Source of the DNA: an uncultured Gemmatimonadaceae bacterium
GTDB taxonomy: Bacteria > Gemmatimonadota > Gemmatimonadetes > Gemmatimonadales > Gemmatimonadaceae
NCBI GenBank assembly: GCA_963751275.1
Contig: CAVVTZ010000009.1
Span: forward strand, 96,001-160,000
DNA: 64,000 nt
Direction of reading: 5' to 3'
This document shows positions 17,914 through 27,765 of the stretch, one piece after another (the stretch's first letter is position 1; every line of letters begins with the position of its first letter). The translations under genes were made by a program, and so were the position numbers. Below the pieces are notes generated by a model. The model ran no database searches. It worked only from the letters and a program-made list of their open reading frames with translations, and was not told the DNA's origin.

Positions 17914-18842
17914 CTAGCGAGCGTGCGTCGGACCCGCGGACACATACCGATCCCCTTTCTTATCCAGCTTGTCGATCTCCTTCTCCAGTTCGTTCGCCCA
18001 CACTTCGACCCGCGGGATGGAATGCGGATCGAACTTGGGATCGAACGGGCTGCGCGCCGGGCCGCCGGCTACTTCGAGTACGGCAGCGTAGTCGTACGCG
18101 AGCACCTTGCCGGTCTTCGGATTCTTCCACTCGCCCTTCCACGCGAGCGAGCGCTCCTTGGGCCACGCCCCGAGTGGGAGGCAGAAGGTGAGCACCTTGT
18201 TGCCGGGAACGGCGGAATCGATCGCGAGCTGGCCGCGCGCGATCTGCTCCTGTACGACGGCGTCGGAGTACTTGCTGAGCTGCGCGTGCCAGAGCGTGTG
18301 ATTGCAGAGCTCGAAGCCGTGTTCATAGAGCCAGCGCACTTTCTTGAAGCGCCACGCGGTCTTCTGGCCGTCGACCCCGGTGTAGCCGAAGAAATTGTGG
18401 CCGGCGTTCGCGCCGCTCAGGAGGCAGAAGGTGGCCTTGTTCCCCCAGTCGGGGTGCGTCTTCTGGAAGTCGATCCAAATGCCGATCGCGCTCGTGGAGT
18501 CGATGATGAGCTCGCCGTTGCGTTCGATGTAGCGGAATTGCGAGGGCGAGGCATCGTCGAAGGTGAAGACGACGGGCGACAATCCCGCCGGCAGGTCGAT
18601 CTTCTTCGCGAGCAGATCGGAGACGTTCACCGGCCGGTAGCCGCGCTCGTACATGAATTCGAGATCGCGCCGGAAATGCTCGCGCGACACGGTGAAGCGG
18701 GCTTCGTAGGAACCGATCACGTGGTACTCTAATATCGGAATCCTTCCCATCTCGTTCGGGGGAGATGCTGAACGGCAGGCTGGTGGCTGTCGGCTGTCGC
18801 GAACACGACAAGCATCAACGCGGCGATGGACTTCCAGATCAC
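17914..18842 (-). CDS. Secreted polysaccharide deacetylase (CE4/NodB-like), frameshift in G5 run near 18760
   Basis: PNEMGRIPILEYH, TFDDA, NHTLWH; signal peptide from GTG 18842 is in another frame. Confidence 0.82.
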
Positions 18843-18943
18843 GGTCGGCTCCGAAATGAAATGAGGGCAGGGAACCATCCCCACCCCCAAATCTAAGTCG
18901 TTCGCCGGCGACGGCCGCCAGCCGCCAGCCTGCAGTTGGGAGC

Positions 18944-20173
18944 TTACACGATCCCCACCGATACGGGCGCGTAGCCCGGAAACACAGCAGGGAGCGGCGT
19001 CGCGCCGAGGTGGCCGGTGAGTAGTTCGTAGAACACCGAGCGAAAATCCGTCGTGAGCGCGAGATCGCGCCCCTCGTACAGCTGCTCCTTCGCGAGGCCC
19101 GGCCACTTGCCGTGCACCTTATGTCCCTTCACGGCGCCGCCCACCACGAACAGCGCGCCGGCGTGGCCGTGGTCGGTGCCGCCGTTGCCGTTCTGGCGCG
19201 CCATGCGGCCGAACTCGGACATCGACACGATCACCACGTCGTCCATCTTGTCGCCCAGGTCGGCCACCAGCGCCGCGATCGCTTGCGCGAAATCCGCGAG
19301 CCGCGCCGCGAGCTGGCCGGTGGCCGCGCCCTGGTTCACGTGCGTATCCCAGCCGCCCACATCCGCGAACGCGATCTCGAGCCCGACATTGCTCTTGATG
19401 AGCTGCGCGATCTGCCGGAGGTTCTGGCCGAAGGGCGAATTCGGATACTGCGCGCCGTGCTCCGGCGCGTAGCGCTGCGGGTCCGCCGCGCGCAGCATCT
19501 TCACGGCGTCGAAGGTCTCGGTGCCGGTGCCATGGATGAGATCCGCCGAGCCCGTGCGGTAGAGCGCCTCGAGCCGCTGCGCATCATCGCCCGTGGCGCG
19601 CACGGTGAAATCGTTCACGCTCGACATCGCGATCACCGGACTCGGCCCTTCGAGGATGCGCGGCGTTTGGGGCGAGAACGCCACCGCGCGGAAGGGCGAC
19701 TTGTTCACCTCGCATTCCGCGCACGTCCCCTTCGCCGCGAGATACCGGTTGAGCCAGCCGTCGGGCGTGGACTTCACGTCTGGCGTGCCCGTTTCCATGT
19801 AGTCCTGCGCGTCGAAGTGCGAGCGGGTGTTGCTCGGACTGCCCACCGCCGTTACCGGCGCGAGCATCCCGTTCGCCCAGAGCGGCTGCAGCGGCGCGAG
19901 CGACGGATGCAGCCCGAAGAACCCGTCGAGATCGATCGTCGCGTTCGCGGGGATGCCGATGGTCGGGCGCAGCGCGTAATACTCGCGCTCGCCGTGCGGC
20001 ACCAGGATGTTCAGTCCGTCGGCGGCGCCGCGCTGGAAGAGACAGATCAGCACTTTGCCCTTCTTCGCACCGCTGATCCCCTGCGCGTACACCGCCCGGC
20101 GGAGGAAGGTCGGCGACAAGCCCATCGTCACGAGCGCCAACGCGCCCGACTTCAGGAACACCCGTCGCCGCAT
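18944..20173 (-). CDS. DUF1501 family protein (Tat-like signal)
   Basis: MRRRVFLK; QRGAADGLN, RSHFDAQ, GGWDTH, SEFGR, GTDHGH. Confidence 0.9.
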   Translation of the reverse strand: MRRRVFLKSGALALVTMGLSPTFLRRAVYAQGISGAKKGKVLICLFQRGAADGLNILVPHGEREYYALRPTIGIPANATIDLDGFFGLHPSLAPLQPLWANGMLAPVTAVGSPSNTRSHFDAQDYMETGTPDVKSTPDGWLNRYLAAKGTCAECEVNKSPFRAVAFSPQTPRILEGPSPVIAMSSVNDFTVRATGDDAQRLEALYRTGSADLIHGTGTETFDAVKMLRAADPQRYAPEHGAQYPNSPFGQNLRQIAQLIKSNVGLEIAFADVGGWDTHVNQGAATGQLAARLADFAQAIAALVADLGDKMDDVVIVSMSEFGRMARQNGNGGTDHGHAGALFVVGGAVKGHKVHGKWPGLAKEQLYEGRDLALTTDFRSVFYELLTGHLGATPLPAVFPGYAPVSVGIV

Positions 20174-20183
20174 GTCGCCCTCC

Positions 20184-22211
20184 TTAGAATCGCTGGAATT
20201 CCGGCGCGCCCAGCGCGAGCCCCACGATCTGCGCGAAACCGGTGAGATCCACCGGCATCGCGAGCACATCGCGTCCGCGGCCGATGCCTGTCTTCATCAT
20301 CCCGCCGCCCGCCTTCTTCGCGGGCGGCGCGCCCATCTCCCCGCCGCTTTCCGGCGCCGCCGCACCGTCCTCGGGCGCACCCTGTCCTCTCATCGACGCA
20401 TCGACATCGTCCAGCGCCGCCAGCGAGTCCGCCAGCGCCTCCGACATGGTGTCGTGCTTCGGCGCGTTCGCGAGCATCGGGTTCACTCCATTCTCCAGAA
20501 TGCCGCGCGTCTCGGGACCCGCCTCGCCCTGCAGGATCAGCGCGATCACGCCATCCACCTGAAGATCGTGCGACTCGCGCATCAACGCCGCACCCTGCGG
20601 CCACGCGGCGAGCGTCGCGCCCGGCACATGGCCCGCCGCCACCGCGAGGCCGAAGTTGATCCGGTTCAGGATCGCGCCCGTGTTGATCCAGCTGTCGCCG
20701 GTGAGCGGATATCCATCCGGCGCCTGATGCAGATACAGCGGCTCGCCCAGCCGCGCGACGATCTGCGCGGTGCGCGGCGTCGGGTCCGGCGCCGCGTCCA
20801 CCGCGCGCAGCGCGCTTGCCACCAGCCGCAGCGGCGACTTCACCTTCGTATGGTACGCCGCACGCGAGAAGAACTCGGGGCTCGTCACGATCACGCGCAG
20901 CGTCTCGCGGATGTCGCCGCCCGTCGCGGTGAACTTCGCCGCGGCCGCCTCCACCAGCGACGGCGGCGGCGTGTCGCTCACGAACCGGATCACCATTTGC
21001 CGCGCGATGTGCTCCGCCGTGTGCGGATCGTTCGCGAGAATGTCCAGCACGTGCTCGCCATCTTCCAGCCCCTTGCCCGCCGGCAGATAATGCCCGAGCA
21101 CCACCTTCGAGCCCGCGTCGTGCCACTCCGGATGGAAGACGAACACGCCCACCTGCCGCGGCTTCTCGATCGACCAGCCGGTGAACGCGCGCGCGACCTC
21201 GATCACATCCTCCTGCGTGTACCCGCCGTCCACGCCCAGCGTGTGCAGCTCGAGCAGTTCACGCGCGTAATTCTCGTTGAGTCCCTTCGCCGGACCGCGC
21301 CGGATGGAATCGGCGCCGCGCGGCGCCGGGGGAGGACGCATGCCCGGCGGCGCTCCGCCGCGCGAGCCGCCGCCCATGCCGCCGCCACCGGGCGGTCGCC
21401 CGTAGCCACCGCCGCCCGGCGGACGGCCGCCGCCATATCCGCCGCCGCCCTGACCCGGCGCGCGTGCCACCGCGAGCGTCGGTTCGTTCGGGTTCGCGCG
21501 GCTCTCCCAGTTGTCGAGATAGAACAGCATCGCCGGGCTCTCCGCGACGGCGCCGAGCAGGCTGCGGAATTTGCCGAGCGCATAAGGACGGATCGCGCTG
21601 CGCTCGTACTGCGCGAGGTAGTAGCGCTCGGGTCCCTTGCCGGCGAAGACGTTGAAATGATTGAACCAGAAGTCGACCATGACCTCATTGAGCTGCCGCT
21701 CGCTCACCAGCGCGCGCCCCACTTTCGCCGCCTGCAGATCGGTGAGCAGCTTTCGCGAACGCTGCGCTTCCTTCTTGAGGGCCGCCGAGTCCGCCGCGGT
21801 CGGCGCGAGGCCCACCGCCTTTTTCTGTTCGGCGCCGGTCGGGATCTCGGCAAGGAGCGAGGGGATGCTGGCGCTCAGCAGCGGGAACTGCGCGACGAAC
21901 TGGTCGGCGGCGGGGTCGGGGATGCGCGCGGGCTCGAGCTGGCGCGCGATCCACACGTCCACGCCCATGGCGCGTACGCTGTCGTAGAGTCCGGGGCGCG
22001 GGCCCCACGTGAGGCGTTCGATCGCCTGCTTGATCTGCTCGTCGGCGTTCAGCTCGCGCGCCGCGACCTGCTCGGCTGATGGCAGCGGGACCGGCGCCTC
22101 GGGAGCGATCTCCGGCGGCGGGATGGGCGGGGCCGACGCCGTCTCGGGCGCCGGGGCGCTCGAGCAGGCGCACAGGATCAGAACAGCCAGGATTCCTTGG
22201 CGGGTCATCAT
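20184..22211 (-). CDS. DUF1800 family lipoprotein
   Basis: Lipobox LCAC; FWFNHFNV, MLFYLDN, NENYARELLELHTLG. Confidence 0.9.
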   Translation of the reverse strand: MMTRQGILAVLILCACSSAPAPETASAPPIPPPEIAPEAPVPLPSAEQVAARELNADEQIKQAIERLTWGPRPGLYDSVRAMGVDVWIARQLEPARIPDPAADQFVAQFPLLSASIPSLLAEIPTGAEQKKAVGLAPTAADSAALKKEAQRSRKLLTDLQAAKVGRALVSERQLNEVMVDFWFNHFNVFAGKGPERYYLAQYERSAIRPYALGKFRSLLGAVAESPAMLFYLDNWESRANPNEPTLAVARAPGQGGGGYGGGRPPGGGGYGRPPGGGGMGGGSRGGAPPGMRPPPAPRGADSIRRGPAKGLNENYARELLELHTLGVDGGYTQEDVIEVARAFTGWSIEKPRQVGVFVFHPEWHDAGSKVVLGHYLPAGKGLEDGEHVLDILANDPHTAEHIARQMVIRFVSDTPPPSLVEAAAAKFTATGGDIRETLRVIVTSPEFFSRAAYHTKVKSPLRLVASALRAVDAAPDPTPRTAQIVARLGEPLYLHQAPDGYPLTGDSWINTGAILNRINFGLAVAAGHVPGATLAAWPQGAALMRESHDLQVDGVIALILQGEAGPETRGILENGVNPMLANAPKHDTMSEALADSLAALDDVDASMRGQGAPEDGAAAPESGGEMGAPPAKKAGGGMMKTGIGRGRDVLAMPVDLTGFAQIVGLALGAPEFQRF

Positions 22212-22247
22212 CAGGTAGGACGAGTCGGGAAGGTGTTCGTTAAGGAG

Positions 22248-22365
22248 GTTCCATGTGCCGGGTGCCGCGTGCCTCGAAAACACAGAGGCCGGTTGCCGGG
22301 GAACTCCTACCCCACAACCGGCCGCCTGAGCCGTTTCGCGGCACGAGGAACGCGGAACGAGGAAC
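22248..22365. repeat. Inverted heptamer arrays (GT(T/G)CC(G/T)C x4) around a hairpin
   Basis: gttccat gtgccgg gtgccgc gtgcctc gaaa ... tttc gcggcac gaggaac gcggaac gaggaac; centre ggccggttg...caaccggcc. Confidence 0.75.
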
Positions 22366-23060
22366 TACTCGTCCACCGTATACCCGACCCCTCTCACCGT
22401 CTTAATGAGCGGTAGTCCCTTGGATTCCCCGAGTTTCTTGCGCAGGTAGTTGATGTAGACGTCCACCACGTTCGTGAGCGGGTCGAGGCGGTGCTTCCAC
22501 ACGTGCTCGCCGATCATGTCACGGGAGACCGTGCGGCCGGCGTTGCGCACGAGGTACTCGAGCAGCAGATACTCCTTCTGCGTGAGCGGGATCTCCTTGC
22601 CGCCGCGCTCCACGCGCCGTGTGATCGGATCCACCGTGAGGTCACGCACGGTGAGGCGCGCGCTCGCGGTGACGAGCTGCGAGCGGCGCAGCAGCGCCTT
22701 GACGCGCGCGATCAGCTCCGCGTGCTCGAACGGCTTGGGCAGATAGTCATCGGCTCCCGCGTCCAGCCCGCTCACGCGGTCGGTGACGGTGCCGCGCGCC
22801 GTGAGCATGAGCATGGGGGCGGTGAATCCGCGCGCGCGCAGGTCGCGCGCCACCGCGTGGCCGTCCTTGCCCGGCAGGCCCACGTCGAGGATCACCAGCT
22901 GCGGCGCGAAGTCGAGCGCCGTCGCCACGCCCTGCTCGCCGTCCTCGGCGCGCAGCACGCGGTAGCCCTCGGCTTCCAGGATGCGCCGAAGGACCGACTG
23001 GAGATCGGTGTCGTCTTCGACTACGAGAATGGCGGCGGCGCGAACCGTTGCTTGCGGCAT
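22365..23060 (-). CDS. OmpR-family response regulator
   Basis: VVEDD, LDVGLP, LTAR, GADDYLPKPF, winged helix IKTVRGVGY. Confidence 0.93.
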   Translation of the reverse strand: MPQATVRAAAILVVEDDTDLQSVLRRILEAEGYRVLRAEDGEQGVATALDFAPQLVILDVGLPGKDGHAVARDLRARGFTAPMLMLTARGTVTDRVSGLDAGADDYLPKPFEHAELIARVKALLRRSQLVTASARLTVRDLTVDPITRRVERGGKEIPLTQKEYLLLEYLVRNAGRTVSRDMIGEHVWKHRLDPLTNVVDVYINYLRKKLGESKGLPLIKTVRGVGYTVDE

Positions 23061-23139
23061 CGCGCATAACGATACGCCCCGCGAGCGGCACTGCAAGTCG
23101 GGCCGTTGCGCAGCTTGAGGCCCCGGCTAGACTACGGTC

Positions 23140-23586
23140 GTGATCCGCCAGCAGATACGGGACGGCGCGAGGGCCGGTGCGGTGGCCGCGGCGGCGACGG
23201 CCGGCGCGCTCATCGCGCTCGGCTACGCGCACGGCGCCGCGCTGCGGCCGCTGAACTCGGTGGCGCACATCGTGACCGGCAGCCGCGCCTACTATATGGA
23301 ACGGTTCGGCGGGATCACCGTGGTCGCGCTCCTCGTGCACGTCGTATCGGTGATCGTGTGGGGGATCGTGTTCGCCGCGCTCACGCGGAAGATCCGCGGT
23401 GCCGTGCTCTACGCGCTTGCGATCGCGTTCGCCGCCGCCACATGGGTCGTCGACTACCGGATCGTGCCCGACCGGCTGAAGCCCGGATTCGAGTCGGGGC
23501 TCTCCGGCGCGGAGATCGGCCTCGTCTATCTCGTGCTGGGCCTGAGCCTGGCGTGGGCGCTCGACCGGGAGCGGAACGAAATGTGA
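23140..23586 (+). CDS. Small membrane protein (4 TM)
   Basis: 148-aa hydrophobic ORF with typical codon usage. Confidence 0.7.
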   Translation: MIRQQIRDGARAGAVAAAATAGALIALGYAHGAALRPLNSVAHIVTGSRAYYMERFGGITVVALLVHVVSVIVWGIVFAALTRKIRGAVLYALAIAFAAATWVVDYRIVPDRLKPGFESGLSGAEIGLVYLVLGLSLAWALDRERNEM

Positions 23587-23780
23587 TGGTGACGGCGGCG
23601 CATCGCGCACTATACTGCGCGCGTCGCACTTTGCGATTGGAACTTGGGAACTAAGTTCCACGTCATGCGTTGGAGTGGTAGACGCGCGCGATCCGTCTGG
23701 CACCGGACTTGCTCTTGAATGAGGGCAACCGCGGTCGAGCCTCACTGAACGAATGCGCCGCGTCTGCAAGGAGGGGTGGA

Positions 23781-24296
23781 ATGGACTTTCTTGTCATGCT
23801 GGAGGACCCCGCGGAGAGCGCGCCGCTCGCGCGGGTGGATTCGGTTCCCGAGGGTGAAGCTTCGTCGTCGCCGGTACGTGACGTGGTAACACTCTACGGG
23901 ACGCCAAGAGTGGAATCGCTGGCGCTCGCGCTGGCGGCGGCGGTGGAGAGTCACCGCCGTGTGCCGGTGGGCAGTTCCGCGATGCATTTGGGTCTTTGGC
24001 CGGAGCGGGGCGCGGTGGGCGACACGGCGTTCCGCGACAGCACCACCGGCGAGCTCATCACGCGGGATCTCCTGATCCCGCTGGAGGTGCTCACGGCGAC
24101 GGCGGATGGCTTGCTCATGGAGTTCGGGACGTTGCTGCGAAAGCTCGTCGCCGGGCTCGCGATGCCGGACTGGCCCGAGGGAGCGTGGCGCGCGATCTCC
24201 CTCACCCTCCCGCGACCGGTGTTGGCCGGCGCCGAGGGAGCGCTCGATGACATGCGGCAGGCAGACCAGTTCACCTTCGAGTACGAGGACGACTAG
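23781..24296 (+). CDS. Hypothetical protein
   Basis: Strong RBS aaggagggg before ATG 23781; followed by a hairpin. Confidence 0.6.
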   Translation: MDFLVMLEDPAESAPLARVDSVPEGEASSSPVRDVVTLYGTPRVESLALALAAAVESHRRVPVGSSAMHLGLWPERGAVGDTAFRDSTTGELITRDLLIPLEVLTATADGLLMEFGTLLRKLVAGLAMPDWPEGAWRAISLTLPRPVLAGAEGALDDMRQADQFTFEYEDD

Positions 24297-24322
24297 CGAG
24301 TCATTCCGCGTCAGAGCGTGTC

Positions 24323-24353
24323 CGCGGGGGGCGTCGATGTGACGCCCCCCGCG
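24323..24353. terminator. 13-bp GC hairpin
   Basis: cgcggggggcgtc-gatgt-gacgccccccgcg; no U-tract. Confidence 0.5.
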
Positions 24354-24361
24354 TTGCATCG

Positions 24362-24870
24362 GTTCATCGCGCGGGTCCGGCGGGCGGCTTGCTCCATCCT
24401 GGCGGCGGAGAGCTCGAACCGCTTCGAGCCTCGGGGGTTCATCGCGCGGGTCCGGCGGGCGGCGCACTCCCTCGCAGCGGCCGACGCTCAAACCGCTTCG
24501 AGCCTCGCGCACACTACGCGCGAGTCTCTCGCTTTTCGCTGAGGCCGCGCTCGGGAGCGCGCCGCCCGCCTGGGGATCGAGAACGGCGATCCGCTGGCGG
24601 GACGATCTCACCGCGCGCTCACATTGTCGCCAGGCGCGCAAGCCCGTGTTCCTCTGCTGCACCGAGCGCGCGGGGGGCGCGCTCGACTTGAAAGCGCGCG
24701 CGCTTTGGCTCCTTGGGTGGGTCGTGATCGACGCAGGGAGCGGGGCCGCTGCCAGCGCGGCCGCCTCAGCGAAAAGCGAGAGACTCGCGCGCAGTTCGCG
24801 CGAGGCTCGAAGCGGTTTGAGCGTCGGCGGCCAAGCGGCGGCGGTCCCGCGACCGGCGCCACGATGGCAA
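24362..24870. repeat. GC-rich palindromic intergenic element, family B copy 1
   Basis: Arms of about 72 bp (24481-24552 / 24755-24827); near-identical to 26355-26765. Confidence 0.88.
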
Positions 24871-24942
24871 CCACTCACGCGCGCCGCGTGACTAAGTTTC
24901 GCGAGCATCACCCGCATCATCCTCCCGAACTCCGAGATCCCC

Positions 24943-26350
24943 ATGCGCCTGTACGTTTCTCTTGCCGGCGTAGTCGGCATCGCGCTCATCGGTTCCGCGC
25001 TCGGCGCACAATCCGTCGTCGTGAACGGCGCCCAGGCCGTCGCGGCCGATTCGGCGCTGCGATCGCTGGAGAAGGAGGGATTCTCCGGCGTCGTCCTCGT
25101 GGTCAACAAGGGTACGGTGGTACTGCGGAAGGGATACGGCCTCGCGGTGCGCGAGCGGAGAGTGCCGTTCAGGCCGGGCACCGTCGTGCAGATCGGCTCC
25201 AACACCAAGGATTTCACCGCCGTCGCGATCCTGCAGCTGCAGGAGCAGGGGAAGCTGCGGGTGACCGATTCACTGGGCCACTTCTTTCCGCAGGCGCCGG
25301 CGGACAAGCGCGGGATCACGCTCATGCAGCTCATGAAGCATTCGTCGGGCTTCGAGCCGAATCTCGCCGGCGGCGATTTCCGGGCGCTCGAGCGCGACCA
25401 GTTCCTGGCGCTCGCCTTCGCGTCCAAACTCCTCTATACGCCGGGGCAGGGCGAGCGGTACTCGAATCTGGGGTACTCCATGCTGGCGGCGGTGATCGAA
25501 GTGGTCACCGGCGATTCGTACGGCACGTTCCTCCAGAGGAACATTCTGGCAGCCGCTGCACATGGAGCGGACGGGGCTGCTCTTCCCGAAGTACGACACT
25601 GCGGCGATGGCGCACGGATACAACGGGTCGCAGGACGAAGGGACGATGCTCGACAAGCCCCACGCGAAGGACGGTCCGTACTGGAACCTGCGCGGCAACG
25701 GCGGCTACCTGTCGACCGTGGACGAGATGTACCACTTCTACGATGTGCTCTTCCACACCGACTCGCTGCTGCGTCCGGGGGAGCGCGACCTCAAGTTCCC
25801 GCCGAACCAGCCGATGATCCTGGCCGGGTCGGACATGATCAATTTCTTCCTGTACAATCTCGAGCCGATGCAGGGGATCACGATGATCCTCGCGTCGAAC
25901 GCGAGCGATTTCCCGGCGCCGCGTGCGCGCGACGCGATCGCGCCGATCTTCGGCCTGCCGGTGCCGAACGGGCGGCGCATTGGGAAGGGCGGCGGCGCAC
26001 CCGTGGCGGGCGCCGCAGCGATCGCGCTGCCCGACACGCCAGCGGGACGGCGGGCCCAGGAGTACGTCGCGATGTTCAATCGCGGCGACTCGGCGGCGGC
26101 CGTGGCGTTCATCGGGTCAGCGATGGCGCCGAATCCCGAAGACAAACGGACCCCGGAGCAGCGCGCCGGCGCCATGCGCACCATGCGCGGCCGCCTCGGC
26201 GCGATGACGCCGACCGCGGTCGTGTCGCAGAGTCCCACGGAGATCGTGTTCACCGTGCGCGCGGAGAACGAGCCGTCGGCGACGATCACGATGAACATCG
26301 AGGCGAGCGCGCCATATCGGATCACCGGGCTGCGGCTCATGGTGGAGTAG
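24943..26350 (+). CDS. Secreted serine hydrolase (beta-lactamase/PBP-like), frameshift near 25553
   Basis: Signal peptide; GSNTK (SxxK), YSN; continues in the 25562..26350 frame. Confidence 0.85.
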
Positions 26351-26354
26351 GCCG

Positions 26355-26765
26355 AGTTCATCGCGCGGGTCCGGCGGGCGGCGGGCTCCCTCGCAGCGGC
26401 CGACGCTCGAACCGCTTCGAGCCTCGCGGCTGAACGGCGCCGCGAGTCTCTCGCTTCTCGCTGAGGCCGCGCTCTGGAGCCCGCCGCCCGCCTGGGGATC
26501 GTGAACTGCGTTCCGCCGGCGGGCCGATCTTCCTTCGCGCTCACATTTTGGGCGGGCGCGCAAGCCCGTCTCTCTCTGCTGGAAGCAGCGATCACGCGCG
26601 CGAGCTCCCCGAGCAAGTCTTGATCAATGCAGGGAGCGGGGCCGCCGCCAGCGCGGCCGCCTCAGCGAAAAGCGAGAGACTCGCGCGTCGTTCGCGCGAG
26701 GCTCGAAGCGGTTTGAGCGTCGGCGGCCAAGCGGCGGCGGTCCCGCGACCGGCGACGCGATGGCA
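26355..26765. repeat. Family B palindromic element copy 2
   Basis: Colinear homology with 24437-24870. Confidence 0.88.
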
Positions 26766-26846
26766 CGAATGTGCAAGCGGAACCAAGATGATCGTCTTAC
26801 GGGAACGCCTGATCGTGCGCATTCTCGTAGGCAACCGGAGGTCGTC

Positions 26847-27557
26847 ATGAAACGCTATCTGCTCGCACTGCTCTCCCTTCCAGCCGCGATCTCGGCGCAG
26901 ACCGCCGCGACGCCGACGCCGACCTCGATCAGTGTCGGCAGCCGCGCCGAGGTTCGCATACCGGCGGACCACGCGACGCTCGTCATTGCCGTGGAGACGC
27001 GGGCGCCCACTGCCGCCGCGGCGGCGTCCGACAACGCGCGCATCAACAACGCGGTGCTGGCGGCGCTCAAGGGCGCCGGAGTCGAACAATCGCAGATCGG
27101 GAGCGCGGGCTACATCGTGCGCCAGAACTGGCGATACGACAATCCGACCCGCCAGCAAAAGCTCGACGGCTACATCGCCGAGAATTCCATTCGCCTCGAG
27201 ATCTCGAAGCTGGACCGGATCGGCGCGTACATCGATACCGCGCTCGCCGCCGGCGCCACGCGCGCGAGCGACCTTTCGTTCAGCGCCACCGCCAGCGAGC
27301 AGGCGCGCCACACCGCGCTCGCCAACGCAATGAGCATTGCGCGCGGCGATGCCGCCGTGATAGCGAAGTCCGCCGGCGGATCGCTCGGCCGCCTGCTGGA
27401 CGCCAACTCGATGACGATGACCCCCATGCCCCAGATGCGCATGGAGGCCGCCGTGAGCATTAGGTCCGAAGCCGCCAGTGAGCCGACCACGATCCTCCCG
27501 CGCGAGATCATCGTGGCCGCCACCGTCAACACGCGCTGGCAAGTCGACTTCCCATGA
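26847..27557 (+). CDS. SIMPL/DUF541 periplasmic protein
   Basis: ggagg RBS; signal peptide; SISVGSRAEV..PAD, AVIAKSAGGSLG, VNTRW. Confidence 0.85.
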   Translation: MKRYLLALLSLPAAISAQTAATPTPTSISVGSRAEVRIPADHATLVIAVETRAPTAAAAASDNARINNAVLAALKGAGVEQSQIGSAGYIVRQNWRYDNPTRQQKLDGYIAENSIRLEISKLDRIGAYIDTALAAGATRASDLSFSATASEQARHTALANAMSIARGDAAVIAKSAGGSLGRLLDANSMTMTPMPQMRMEAAVSIRSEAASEPTTILPREIIVAATVNTRWQVDFP

Positions 27558-27640
27558 CCGCCGTTCAGCCCGTGCGGAGGCATTGGAGTAGCGTGTAGGG
27601 GCTCCTCGTGGAATCGGCGTCGCGCCCGCCACCCCCGGCA

Positions 27641-27745
27641 CGCCGCCTCAGCGAGAAGCGAGAGATTCGCGGCGCCGTTCAGCCGCGAAGCTCGAAGCGG
27701 TTCGAGCGTCGGCGGCTGTGCCGGGGGTGGCGGGCGCGACGGACC
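27641..27745. repeat. Family B element, right arm only
   Basis: gccgcctcagcgagaagcgagaga...ctcgaagcggttcgagcgtcggcggc. Confidence 0.8.
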
Positions 27746-27765
27746 ATCCGATGAGCCCCTACTTC

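Noticed and set aside
23742..25427. 561-aa minus-strand ORF and other ORFs across repeat elements
   Set aside because: Stop-poor reads through palindromic repeats and antisense to real genes; no domain motifs.
24943..26350. Antibiotic-resistance beta-lactamase (also 56158-57678)
   Set aside because: Motifs only support the generic serine hydrolase/PBP-like family; substrate cannot be assigned.
24362..27745. Integron attC cassette array
   Set aside because: No RYYYAAC/GTTRRRY cores recognised, elements are too long, and no integrase is in the window.
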